NCBI GenBank assembly: GCA_041661045.1
Contig: JBAZVE010000001.1
Coordinates: 1,020,001-1,052,000 of the forward strand
Reading direction: 5' to 3'
DNA: 32,000 nucleotides
Source of the DNA: Candidatus Saccharimonadota bacterium
Lineage (GTDB): Bacteria > Patescibacteriota > Gracilibacteria > UBA1369 > 2-02-FULL-48-14
Shown here: positions 18,471 to 26,820 of the stretch, piece after piece
Numbering within the stretch: the stretch's first letter is position 1
Layout: each line of letters begins with the position of its first letter
Notes under the pieces: model-generated
Database searches by the model: none
The model's input: the letters and a program-made list of their open reading frames with translations, nothing else
What the model was told of the DNA's origin: nothing
Program-made: the position numbers and the translations under genes

Positions 18471-18533
18471 ATGGCTTGTTTAAGCCACAAATCGAATGAA
18501 AATCTGTGCGTGCGCACTGGTGTTTTTGCGAAC
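18471..18533 (+). repeat. Left copy of a 63-bp imperfect inverted repeat
   Basis: atggcttgtttaagccacaaatcgaatgaaaatctgtgcgtgcgcactggtgtttttgcgaac matches the reverse complement of 27340..27402 at 57/63 positions (hand alignment, ungapped). It is intergenic, 52 nt after the stop at 18418. Confidence 0.85.
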
Positions 18534-18670
18534 TTTCTTTTTTTCGGTCTTTCCCATTTACTCACTCAAAGTGCTTAAAAACCCCTCCATTTGGGATGGG
18601 ATCTGTGACACTCAGGGGACTACAAAATTTATGTTGATAGCACGATAGAGCCTTTACAGCCTTGGTAGGG

Positions 18671-19099
18671 TCAAGGGAAACGCCATGTCATTCGGGCTCT
18701 TTTTTGTTTTAATTCACTCTCTTCTTCTGGTGAAATCTTACCCTTAAACCCTACCGTTTTAAGCTCACTGACATCAAATCCACAGTAGAAAAAGAGTCTA
18801 GTCCATGGGCTCATTAAGTGAAAGTACGGATCGCCAATCTCATCTTTTGTGGGGTTCAACCAATATCCGTTGCGCATAAAATCCACCAGTTCTCTAAGAG
18901 TGTAACCTGCCATTCTGAGCATTCGCCATTTTTCCTCCCCATAGTCAAATACTGCATTGAATGCGACCTTTATAGGTGCGCCACTCTCCCTGAGTACTCT
19001 CAAAGAGTGTGAACTCTCGAAACCGCCCCTTTCTGCAAGAAGGTGCCTTCGTTCTTCAAGTGGATCTTCGGATAAAATGGGTTGATTAGAGAGTGTCAT
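18671..19099 (-). CDS. Hypothetical protein (142 aa)
   Basis: Clean ORF with balanced, non-repetitive composition (…WRMLRMAGYTLRELVDFMRNGYWLNPTKDEIGDPYFHLMSPW…). A candidate promoter lies directly upstream. No family recognised. Confidence 0.5.
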   Translation of the reverse strand: MTLSNQPILSEDPLEERRHLLAERGGFESSHSLRVLRESGAPIKVAFNAVFDYGEEKWRMLRMAGYTLRELVDFMRNGYWLNPTKDEIGDPYFHLMSPWTRLFFYCGFDVSELKTVGFKGKISPEEESELKQKRARMTWRFP

Positions 19100-19105
19100 A
19101 CTTGA

Positions 19106-19133
19106 ATGGTATCATAATTTACAAATATGGCAA
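19106..19133 (-). promoter_or_regulatory. Candidate promoter for the 142-aa gene (leader would be very short or absent)
   Basis: The minus strand reads TTGCCA (19133..19128), a 16-nt spacer ending in TGa, then TACCAT (19111..19106). Only 6 nt separate the -10 box from ATG 19099. Confidence 0.3.
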
Positions 19134-19169
19134 GTCGCGTAAGGAGCGGGGTAGCTATTTTTATGCGTC

Positions 19170-20528
19170 TTAGTTGAAGTTATGTTTGAACAGTTTTTGG
19201 AAAATCAGTAGGGAAAGGAAAACCACTGGCAAAGAGATGACTGCATTTTGTGGGTTGAGCTGATTTGTGGCGAATAAAACTGCAATGCTCATAAATCCTA
19301 AAATCAAACTCCAAAAAACAGCGTTTTCTTTAAGTTTCCAGTAGAGTGAGCCAAAAACTACGGGGAAAAGAGCGAGATTTAAACTTGCGAGCGAAAATCC
19401 AAGAGCCAAAATATTCTGGTAGAAAATGCCGATGGCTACCGCAAGCGCTATGAAGAAAACGATGAAAAAGCGAGTGAGTTTTTTCATGGATTCCTCACTG
19501 TATTTTTTTGAATAGTTCTTGAGGTCGCGAGTAAAGATTGAGGAAACCACGAAGGTCACAGTATCCGAAGATGAAAGTGCCACGGCGTAAAGCAAAACCA
19601 TGCCAAACTCTTTGAGTCCAAACGGAAGCAATTGAGAAAAGCCAGTCACCAAGGCGTCTTCGGGAGCGATATGTGGGAAAGACTGTTTTGTCGCAAGTCC
19701 AAGGATGCTGATGACGATGCCGAGTATCAGTAGGATAACGGCGGCATAACTGAGCCCCCGTTTCAAATTTCGTTCATCTTTTGTTGCAAAAATTCTTTGC
19801 CACAAATCCGGCGCAACCATGATGCCAAACCCCATAAGCACTAAAAAGCCGATGATGTTACCGATTCCCATTGTACCGAGATTAAATTCGGAAACAGGAA
19901 TGGCGGTTTTGCCAAAAAGAAAAACGCCCACGGATAAACTCATGACAAACATGATTATCATTTGGAAAAAATCGGTTCTGACCACTGCCTTGAATCCTGC
20001 AAGCAGAAGATAGATCAGCACAATCGCGCCGCCGATGATGACCGCAAGAAAATAGGGAATGGGGAAAATGGCTGATAACACTTTTCCGCTGATCACTAAA
20101 TTAACGATGAGCAGCAGGAAAAATTGCAAAACGAGGAAAAATGAAAACATGAGGCCGTTTTTCTTCCCTAGAATTTTGGAAAAATATTCCGGCATGGTGT
20201 ACACCTTCAGTTCGTCGGCTTTTTGTTTGATTTTAGGTGCAAGCCTTCTTACGAATAAAAATCCGAGCGCAATGCCCACAAAAAGCCAGATTGCGGAAAA
20301 TCCATAAAGGTAAAGAAATGCAATGTAAATTGAGAGAGTGGCGCCATCAAAAAAACCTGCGCTCATGGTGGCAGCAACTTGTACGCCCTCAAGCTTTCGT
20401 TCCGCAATCATAAAACCGTCTTCACTCTCTTTGCGTGCTGAAACAATGCCGATCGTCACAACTATTGCAATGTAGATGAGAAAAAAGATGATTGTGAGGG
20501 CCATGGGTCCCATGTTAGGCATTTTCAC
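19170..20528 (-). CDS. Sodium:solute symporter (SSS/SLC5-like) family transporter
   Basis: 452 aa, hydrophobic throughout with about 12-13 helix-length segments. The N-terminal pattern IAIVVTIGIVSARKESEDGFMIAERKL...VAATMSAGFFDGATL resembles PutP/PanF-type symporters. Confidence 0.75.
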   Translation of the reverse strand: MKMPNMGPMALTIIFFLIYIAIVVTIGIVSARKESEDGFMIAERKLEGVQVAATMSAGFFDGATLSIYIAFLYLYGFSAIWLFVGIALGFLFVRRLAPKIKQKADELKVYTMPEYFSKILGKKNGLMFSFFLVLQFFLLLIVNLVISGKVLSAIFPIPYFLAVIIGGAIVLIYLLLAGFKAVVRTDFFQMIIMFVMSLSVGVFLFGKTAIPVSEFNLGTMGIGNIIGFLVLMGFGIMVAPDLWQRIFATKDERNLKRGLSYAAVILLILGIVISILGLATKQSFPHIAPEDALVTGFSQLLPFGLKEFGMVLLYAVALSSSDTVTFVVSSIFTRDLKNYSKKYSEESMKKLTRFFIVFFIALAVAIGIFYQNILALGFSLASLNLALFPVVFGSLYWKLKENAVFWSLILGFMSIAVLFATNQLNPQNAVISLPVVFLSLLIFQKLFKHNFN

Positions 20529-20558
20529 CTCAAAGGTCTAGGAAAACTGGTGCTTTTA

Positions 20559-20567
20559 TGATACAAT
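20559..20567 (+). promoter_or_regulatory. Candidate extended -10 promoter (TGaTACAAT) for the VirB4-like/giant-ORF pair
   Basis: tgatacaat at 20559..20567, 26 nt upstream of ATG 20594, in the 65-nt divergent gap shared with the symporter gene. Confidence 0.4.
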
Positions 20568-20593
20568 GATAAGATTAAAAAGAACCACCACGC

Positions 20594-22780
20594 ATGGCTG
20601 ACAACACGCCGATCGTACAAAGCGCTACAGTAAGCCCCGCAAAGCCTGCGGCTGCTTCGGTTACCCCTCCGGTAACTCCTTCGGTTGTGGCGCCACAAGC
20701 CAGTGCTGCGGCGGCCAAAGTGAATACGGCGGCGCAAAAAAATCTGATTGAGAAGAAACAGATTCTTGAAGCGGAGAAGCTTTTTCAGGAAGGAATTGCC
20801 TCCATTCGGGACTTGATTGCGCCTTCTTCATTTGAAGTGGCTTATGATCTTGTGAAAATCGACGGGCTCTATTCTCAAACCTTTTTTGTTTACACTTACC
20901 CGCGCTACATCGACAGCAACTGGCTCTCTCCTGTTGTGAATTATGATGTGACCATGGATATTTCGCAGTTTGTTTATCCGATTTCTTCGGAAGACATCAT
21001 GAAAACCTTGAGAACCAAGGTGGCGCAACTTCAATCTTCCATTCGCATTGCGGCGGATAAGGGCATTGTGCGCGATCCTGCACTGGAAACCGCTTTGGAG
21101 GATGCGGAGCAACTTCGAACCGAATTGCAACGAGGTCAGGAGAAATTCTTTCAATTTGGACTTTATTTTACGGTTTACTCCGCCAATGAGGATGAACTCC
21201 GCAAGGCGACCAAGGAATTGCAAAGCTTGCTTGCCGGAAAATTGGTGCTCAGCAAACGCGCCGATTTGCAGATGGAGCGAGGCTTCACTTCCACGATTCC
21301 TTTGTGTTTGGACGACATTGCGGTGCAACGCAACATGAACACCTCACCGCTTTCCACCACTTTCCCTTTCATTTCTTCCGAACTCACTTCCAATGATGGA
21401 ATTTTGTACGGACTCAATCGTCACAATGAATCGCTGATTATTTTTGATCGTTTCTCTTTGGAAAATGCCAACTCCACGGTTTTTGCCAAGTCGGGAGCCG
21501 GAAAGTCGTATGCCGTGAAACTGGAAATCTTGCGATCTTTGATGTTTGGTACCGATGTGATTGTGATTGATCCGGAGAATGAATACCGCGCGCTGTGTGA
21601 CACGGTGGGTGGGACTTATCTTACGGTTTCTTTGAACTCGGATCGCCGCATTAATCCTTTTGATTTGCCCAGCCCCATGGAGGGTGAGGAGCTCAAGCCT
21701 GGAGATTTGCTGCGCAGCAGTGTCATTAATCTTACGGGTCTTATGAAATTGATGTTGGGGAAGATCACGGCTCAGGAAGAGGGACTTTTGGACAAAGCGC
21801 TCATCGACACCTATTCCACCAAGGGAATCACCATGGATATGGTGGATCCTTCTCCCTACCCTGTGCCCACAATGGTGGATTTTTACAATGTGCTCTCCGC
21901 GATGGAAGGGGCCGCCGATATGGCGCAACGGATCGCCAAGTTTGTGACGGGGACTTATGCCGGAGTCTTTAATAAAGAAACCAATGTGACCCTCGATACC
22001 GGGCTCATGGTCTTTTCTGTACGGGATTTGGAGGATGAGCTCCGGCCCGTGGCCATGTATATTATTTTGAATTACATTTGGAACCGGGTTCGTTCCACCC
22101 TCAAAAAGCGCATTTTGGTGATTGATGAGGCCTGGACTTTGATGCAGCACGAAGACAGCGCGAAGTTTTTGTTTGGACTCGTGAAGCGCGCTCGAAAGTA
22201 CTACCTCGGCGTGACCACCATCACTCAAGATGTGGAAGATTTCATCAACAGTCCGATGGGCAAACCGATTGTCACCAACTCCTCCATGCAGCTTTTGTTG
22301 AAGCAGTCTCCATCGGCCATTGAGCCTTTGGCCAAGGTTTTCAACCTCACGGAAGGGGAAAAATATATGCTGCTGAACTCCGGAGTGGGGCAAGGGCTCT
22401 TTTTTGCCGGTCTCAAGCATGTGGCCATTCAAGTGATCGCCTCCTTCAGCGAAGATAAAATTGTGACCACCAATCCTGAAGAACTCTTAGCCCAAAGCAA
22501 CGCCGCCGCCGCTTTTGAGACGGAGCAGGCTACTGTGGTGGCGAAGGCTACGGAACGAGCAACGGCTGCGTTGGCTGAGGCTGCGCCTGTGGCTGAAGCG
22601 GCTCCCGTCCTCCCCCCTGAAGAAGCCAAAATGGAGGCCGGATTCACTGAAAATGTTGCCACTGTTTTGGACCAAGCGGTGGAAGCACCCACTTCCGCCG
22701 TCCTCACCGACCCCGCCAATGCCACTGGGGCTCCAGCTCCCGTGCAAGAGGTTCCGGTGGTGTTTGAGGAAAAGAAGTAA
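20594..22780 (+). CDS. virB4: VirB4/ConE-like type IV secretion / conjugation ATPase
   Basis: 728 aa. The N-terminal domain pattern IAPSSFEVAYDLVKIDGLYSQTFFVYTYPRYIDSNWLSPVVNYDVTMDISQFVYP is typical of Gram-positive VirB4 homologues. Walker A is FAKSGAGKSYAVK and Walker B is RILVIDEAWTL; the TTITQDVEDF region is also present. Low-complexity Ala/Pro-rich segments flank it at both termini. Confidence 0.8.
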   Translation: MADNTPIVQSATVSPAKPAAASVTPPVTPSVVAPQASAAAAKVNTAAQKNLIEKKQILEAEKLFQEGIASIRDLIAPSSFEVAYDLVKIDGLYSQTFFVYTYPRYIDSNWLSPVVNYDVTMDISQFVYPISSEDIMKTLRTKVAQLQSSIRIAADKGIVRDPALETALEDAEQLRTELQRGQEKFFQFGLYFTVYSANEDELRKATKELQSLLAGKLVLSKRADLQMERGFTSTIPLCLDDIAVQRNMNTSPLSTTFPFISSELTSNDGILYGLNRHNESLIIFDRFSLENANSTVFAKSGAGKSYAVKLEILRSLMFGTDVIVIDPENEYRALCDTVGGTYLTVSLNSDRRINPFDLPSPMEGEELKPGDLLRSSVINLTGLMKLMLGKITAQEEGLLDKALIDTYSTKGITMDMVDPSPYPVPTMVDFYNVLSAMEGAADMAQRIAKFVTGTYAGVFNKETNVTLDTGLMVFSVRDLEDELRPVAMYIILNYIWNRVRSTLKKRILVIDEAWTLMQHEDSAKFLFGLVKRARKYYLGVTTITQDVEDFINSPMGKPIVTNSSMQLLLKQSPSAIEPLAKVFNLTEGEKYMLLNSGVGQGLFFAGLKHVAIQVIASFSEDKIVTTNPEELLAQSNAAAAFETEQATVVAKATERATAALAEAAPVAEAAPVLPPEEAKMEAGFTENVATVLDQAVEAPTSAVLTDPANATGAPAPVQEVPVVFEEKK

Positions 22781-22797
22781 AAATAAAAATTATTTCC

Positions 22798-25700
22798 ATG
22801 CCAGATAATGAAGATCTAGGATTTCAACCTGACGAAGAAGAAGCCAAATTCAATCCTGATGAATTTACCGATGACGAAATTAGGGCGATGGGGGGGTATA
22901 CAAAGGGGCGAATTCTCAAGTTGTTATTCGGTGATCCTGATCAGAAAAAACTGATGACAAGAATAAGTGAAAGAGAGAAAAAGGATAAAGTAGTTTTGGA
23001 CCAGATTAAAAAGTACACGGGGAAATACAATCGAATTTGGGGTCATAGAGTTGTATCTCCTGTTTTTAAAAAACTGAAAAATACCTTCGGTGAGAACCCG
23101 GAGTTTTGGGATATAGTGTATTCCTATGAGAATCGGGAGCACATGTTTGAGACTTTGCTAGAATGTTCTGAAATTTATGGTGACAACTTTGATTTATTCG
23201 TTCTCATACACTCCTATTTGCAAAAGACTGGGAATGGTCAACACTCTCTACCTCGAACCAGTACATTTATTGAAGGGCTAGCTCATTATAAAGACCTCTA
23301 CGGGGACGATCCCGAGAAGTTAAAAACTTTAATGGATCCATTCTTAGGATTCTATGTTCATAGTAATTCCGATGAAGATTTTGCTTTGCTCTTTGGTGAA
23401 GATGTAAAAGCATTGTGTGAGGGTCATCTGGATCGGTTTGGAAAATTTGTAAGCGCATTTCAGTCTTCCGGCAGAAAAGGATTGAATTTTTTGATCGAAT
23501 TCGCTGATGTTTACAAGGAAGATGAGCTAATACTTGAGCAATGTTTGAGAATCTTGAGTCCTTTCCGATCTACGCGTCTCTGTGAAACCAATCTTTTAGG
23601 TAAAATCTTAGAGAATAAGAATCTATTTGTAGCTAGAAAGGATTTATTTTCATACTTTTTTAAGTTCTACGAGAAAATTATGGCAAATGGACTTAATGGT
23701 CATGGCCATTCTGAAAAATCGGGAACCAACCTAGTTGCCCTGGTGGACTTTATCAGCTTCTTTAAAGAGGATCCGGAAACCTTGGATTATATGTTTGATT
23801 TTTATGAAAAAAATACGACACAGGACTATAAGGGTTTAAATGGGGTGAATGGGACTTATTCATTTGAAACATTTTTAAGATTATTTATTGATGTGTCAAA
23901 AAAGTTTTCAAATGATACTCACAGAAAAGAAAATCTTATAAAATTTTTTGAATATTGTTTGAAAGCTGACATACGAATTGATTTTTTTGTTGATTTTTAT
24001 AATTCACTTCCAACAGAAATTGTTTCAGATGATGCGAGACTTGATTTTTATTTGAACCACACCTTTGGTAGGCCCAATACATATGGTTATGTGAGAAGCG
24101 AAATACAATCTTTTATCGAGGTGGAGAATTTTTTTGGCAAGGATAGTAAAGAATTTAATTTTTTCCTGAATGATCCCGATCAAATTAGGGTTTTGGAGGA
24201 ATGCCTGCGTGCTTTTTTATCCACCCCTGAAATAGTAAAGTTTTATATCTCACTGATTGCTTCAGGTCATGGCGACGATGCTAAAGCGCTTGCTTGTTTT
24301 AGAGAGATGTATACAAAAAACCCTGATGATATCAAGTTTTGTTATGATTTAGTGTGTGAGGATAAAAATGCTGCAGGAATTATTGCGAGCAATTATGGGG
24401 AAAACTTAATTGGTAAAAACACTGATAAAAATTGGATAAAATTTTGTTTTGACTTAGTAAAAACTGATCCCGACGCAGCTTTGATTTTAATGGGATTCTA
24501 TGCACTTGCTGAAAAAGCCTCCTTTGATAAAGACCTCGTTAAATTTTACTTTGATTTAATAAGGGAGAACCAGGAAGCGGGGAAGGTTTTGATAAATGGT
24601 TATCAGCGTTTAATTGGAATTGATAGGGAGGCTGCAAGGTTCTACTTTGACCTGATAAAGGAGGACAAAGAAGCGGGGAGGATCTTGGCTGATGTTTGGG
24701 AAAGGAGCATTGAGGGAAACAGAGAGAAGGCAAGGTACTACTTTGACTTGTGTAAAGAAGATAAAAAGGCTGCGAGGGTGTTAGGTCAGTACGGTGATTT
24801 AGTCCTGGGTGACTTGAAGGTGTCTCGTTTTGTATTTGATCTGCTTAAGGCTGACAGAAAAGATATTTGTGATGGATTACTGGAAATTAGGGCGTTTTTT
24901 CAAAGGGATAGGAAAAATGATTTGAATAAATTGGAAATTTCAGTAAAATTCCTGGAAATCAGCGACCAGATAGACCTGAAAACATTAAAAAACTTTTATA
25001 AAATTTATCAAAGGGATGGGGAGGAAAATGCCAAAAAATACATAGAAGGACTGGTCCGGAAATCCAAAGGATTGATCGGTGAGAAGATCCCTATGGATTT
25101 GAGAAAAGATGATGAATATCTCTTTTATGTGACACGCGTTTACCCAAGTGGGAATTATTCCAATCATGAGAGGAATTTGGCTTGTGGGGATAGGTTGGAG
25201 CACTTAAAGGCTTATAAATTTAATAAAGAGGGTTATCCGGCCGAGATGACTGGTTTGCTGGGTTATCAATTAAAGGAGGGGCAGGTGGAGAACGAGGACT
25301 TGCTCAATAATTATAAGAAGAGGCTGGCTGGAATAAGAGACTTTGTGGCCAGCAGAGGGCCAGATAATAAGGCATTGCAAAAAGCCTTTGAAGAAAAAAT
25401 CGATTCGATTTTTGAGAAAAATGTTGCTGAGGAGTTCAAGCAACTTAAAAAGCTGACACTCAAGGAAAAATTATTGATTTTGGCCTTGAATATTATTATC
25501 AAAAGGGCGAGGCAGGAACCTTACGAATACGATGTTGGAGATTTGATCGTTGAATATAAATACGCTTTTCATGAAAATCTGGAGGCTTACATCCAAAGAA
25601 CTTCGGATGAAACTAGCAGGTTTAAAGATCCTGTTAGTAAGAATTTTAATCTGTGGAGAGAGCTTTCTGTGATTTATGGAGAGAATTTGAAGCATGTTTT

Positions 25701-26820
25701 GAGGCATGATCTTTTTGAGGAATTTGAGAGAGATAGTAAGCACAAAGCCGATATTGAGAATATCTTTGATTCGTTGATGCCTGGAAAGGAAAAATTTGCC
25801 TTAAACGATAAACAAAAAGAGCGATTTAAAACTACTTTAGAAAATCCACATATCCCAGAGAAAGGCCATATCATAAAAGTAAAAAACAAAGAAACGGGAA
25901 TGGAAGAGGAAAAATATAAACCAGGGAAAGCTGAAGAGTTGTACAAGCAAGTTTATGGTATTTTTTCTTCGAATATTAAATTTAAGGATGACGAAGAAAA
26001 AGCAAAATTTACAGAACAGGTGAAAATGATTGTTGAGAACTGTAAGGAGGGCGAGCTTGTGAACGCTGAAAAGTTTTTTTCTGAAGCGATTCCGCAACTT
26101 TTGAGATTGAGGCAGCGCTATTTACAAAATCTAAATGGAAAATTGGAAGAACTCTTTAATGCCGATATCAACTTAATTGGTGCTGAGGTTTCTAAATATG
26201 ATGAAATTTTGGAGGTTGAGATGAAGCAAACACAAATGGGCGGAGCAAAACATAAAGCGGTTGGGAAGAGTGCAAAAAAACGCAAAATCCGCGGATATAT
26301 TACGAAAACCAAGGAATCGGCAAACGCCAGAATGGGTGCGTATTTATGTATTTCCGGTGATGAAACCATGTGGAAAAATCCGAATTATTTTGAACTCGTA
26401 ATGAAAGATGAAGAAAGTGGGAAGTGTATTGGAGTCTGTATGCTAATGAACATTAAGGCGAAAGACGGGAAGAAATATTTATGGTTTGGGCCGAATCCAT
26501 TTGAAGGATTTTTAGGGCAAGTTTCATCGGATCAGTGTTATAGATATATGTACGACACTATAACGAACTTTGCTGCTGAAAACGGCTATGACGGAGTTGT
26601 GGTGCCTCCAGAGGATGGACAAATTTTGGGGGCATGTACAAACCGAGGAGGAGATTTCCCAGATTTGATAAAGGCTTCACGCTTAAGAGATGCAAAGGGC
26701 GCATTGAGGATTGTTGAATTTGGTGAGCCGCAAAAATTAGGCACACACTCAGGTGTTAGCTATTCTTATTCCAATGGAGCTTTGATTTGGGCCAATACCT
26801 CAAAATCTCGAAAAGTTTAA
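22798..26820 (+). CDS. Giant hypothetical soluble protein (1340 aa) with internal helical repeats; function unknown
   Basis: Uninterrupted 4023-nt ORF starting 17 nt after the VirB4-like stop, with no intervening promoter-like sequence. It has an acidic N-terminus, no hydrophobic TM-length segment, an array of FYFDL-type repeats, a Lys-rich linker and a C-terminal globular region. It is visibly AT-rich relative to its neighbours. Confidence 0.75.
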   Translation: MPDNEDLGFQPDEEEAKFNPDEFTDDEIRAMGGYTKGRILKLLFGDPDQKKLMTRISEREKKDKVVLDQIKKYTGKYNRIWGHRVVSPVFKKLKNTFGENPEFWDIVYSYENREHMFETLLECSEIYGDNFDLFVLIHSYLQKTGNGQHSLPRTSTFIEGLAHYKDLYGDDPEKLKTLMDPFLGFYVHSNSDEDFALLFGEDVKALCEGHLDRFGKFVSAFQSSGRKGLNFLIEFADVYKEDELILEQCLRILSPFRSTRLCETNLLGKILENKNLFVARKDLFSYFFKFYEKIMANGLNGHGHSEKSGTNLVALVDFISFFKEDPETLDYMFDFYEKNTTQDYKGLNGVNGTYSFETFLRLFIDVSKKFSNDTHRKENLIKFFEYCLKADIRIDFFVDFYNSLPTEIVSDDARLDFYLNHTFGRPNTYGYVRSEIQSFIEVENFFGKDSKEFNFFLNDPDQIRVLEECLRAFLSTPEIVKFYISLIASGHGDDAKALACFREMYTKNPDDIKFCYDLVCEDKNAAGIIASNYGENLIGKNTDKNWIKFCFDLVKTDPDAALILMGFYALAEKASFDKDLVKFYFDLIRENQEAGKVLINGYQRLIGIDREAARFYFDLIKEDKEAGRILADVWERSIEGNREKARYYFDLCKEDKKAARVLGQYGDLVLGDLKVSRFVFDLLKADRKDICDGLLEIRAFFQRDRKNDLNKLEISVKFLEISDQIDLKTLKNFYKIYQRDGEENAKKYIEGLVRKSKGLIGEKIPMDLRKDDEYLFYVTRVYPSGNYSNHERNLACGDRLEHLKAYKFNKEGYPAEMTGLLGYQLKEGQVENEDLLNNYKKRLAGIRDFVASRGPDNKALQKAFEEKIDSIFEKNVAEEFKQLKKLTLKEKLLILALNIIIKRARQEPYEYDVGDLIVEYKYAFHENLEAYIQRTSDETSRFKDPVSKNFNLWRELSVIYGENLKHVLRHDLFEEFERDSKHKADIENIFDSLMPGKEKFALNDKQKERFKTTLENPHIPEKGHIIKVKNKETGMEEEKYKPGKAEELYKQVYGIFSSNIKFKDDEEKAKFTEQVKMIVENCKEGELVNAEKFFSEAIPQLLRLRQRYLQNLNGKLEELFNADINLIGAEVSKYDEILEVEMKQTQMGGAKHKAVGKSAKKRKIRGYITKTKESANARMGAYLCISGDETMWKNPNYFELVMKDEESGKCIGVCMLMNIKAKDGKKYLWFGPNPFEGFLGQVSSDQCYRYMYDTITNFAAENGYDGVVVPPEDGQILGACTNRGGDFPDLIKASRLRDAKGALRIVEFGEPQKLGTHSGVSYSYSNGALIWANTSKSRKV
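24325..24900 (+). repeat. Intragenic array of six ~31-37-aa helical repeats (consensus [KR]F.FDL.KED.EA...L)
   Basis: Successive units begin DDIKFCYDLVCEDKNAAGII, IKFCFDLVKTDPDAALIL, VKFYFDLIRENQEAGKVL, RFYFDLIKEDKEAGRIL, RYYFDLCKEDKKAARVL and RFVFDLLKADRKDICDGL. Degenerate relatives (FSYFFKFYEKI, LDYMFDFYEKN, IKFFEYCLKAD, VKFYISLIASG, LKNFYKIYQRD) extend roughly from 23650 to 25050. Confidence 0.8.

Noticed and set aside
18245-18565. 106-aa minus-strand ORF covering the left repeat copy
   Set aside because: It is highly basic (Arg/Lys-rich) with odd composition, overlaps the 3' end of the 17324..18418 gene, and the right repeat copy has no equivalent ORF. It is more likely non-coding.
21344-22432. 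362-aa minus-strand ORF opposite the VirB4-like gene
   Set aside because: It is an antisense shadow. The plus-strand frame carries Walker A/B and VirB4 family motifs, whereas the minus-strand product is His/Arg/Gly-rich with no features.
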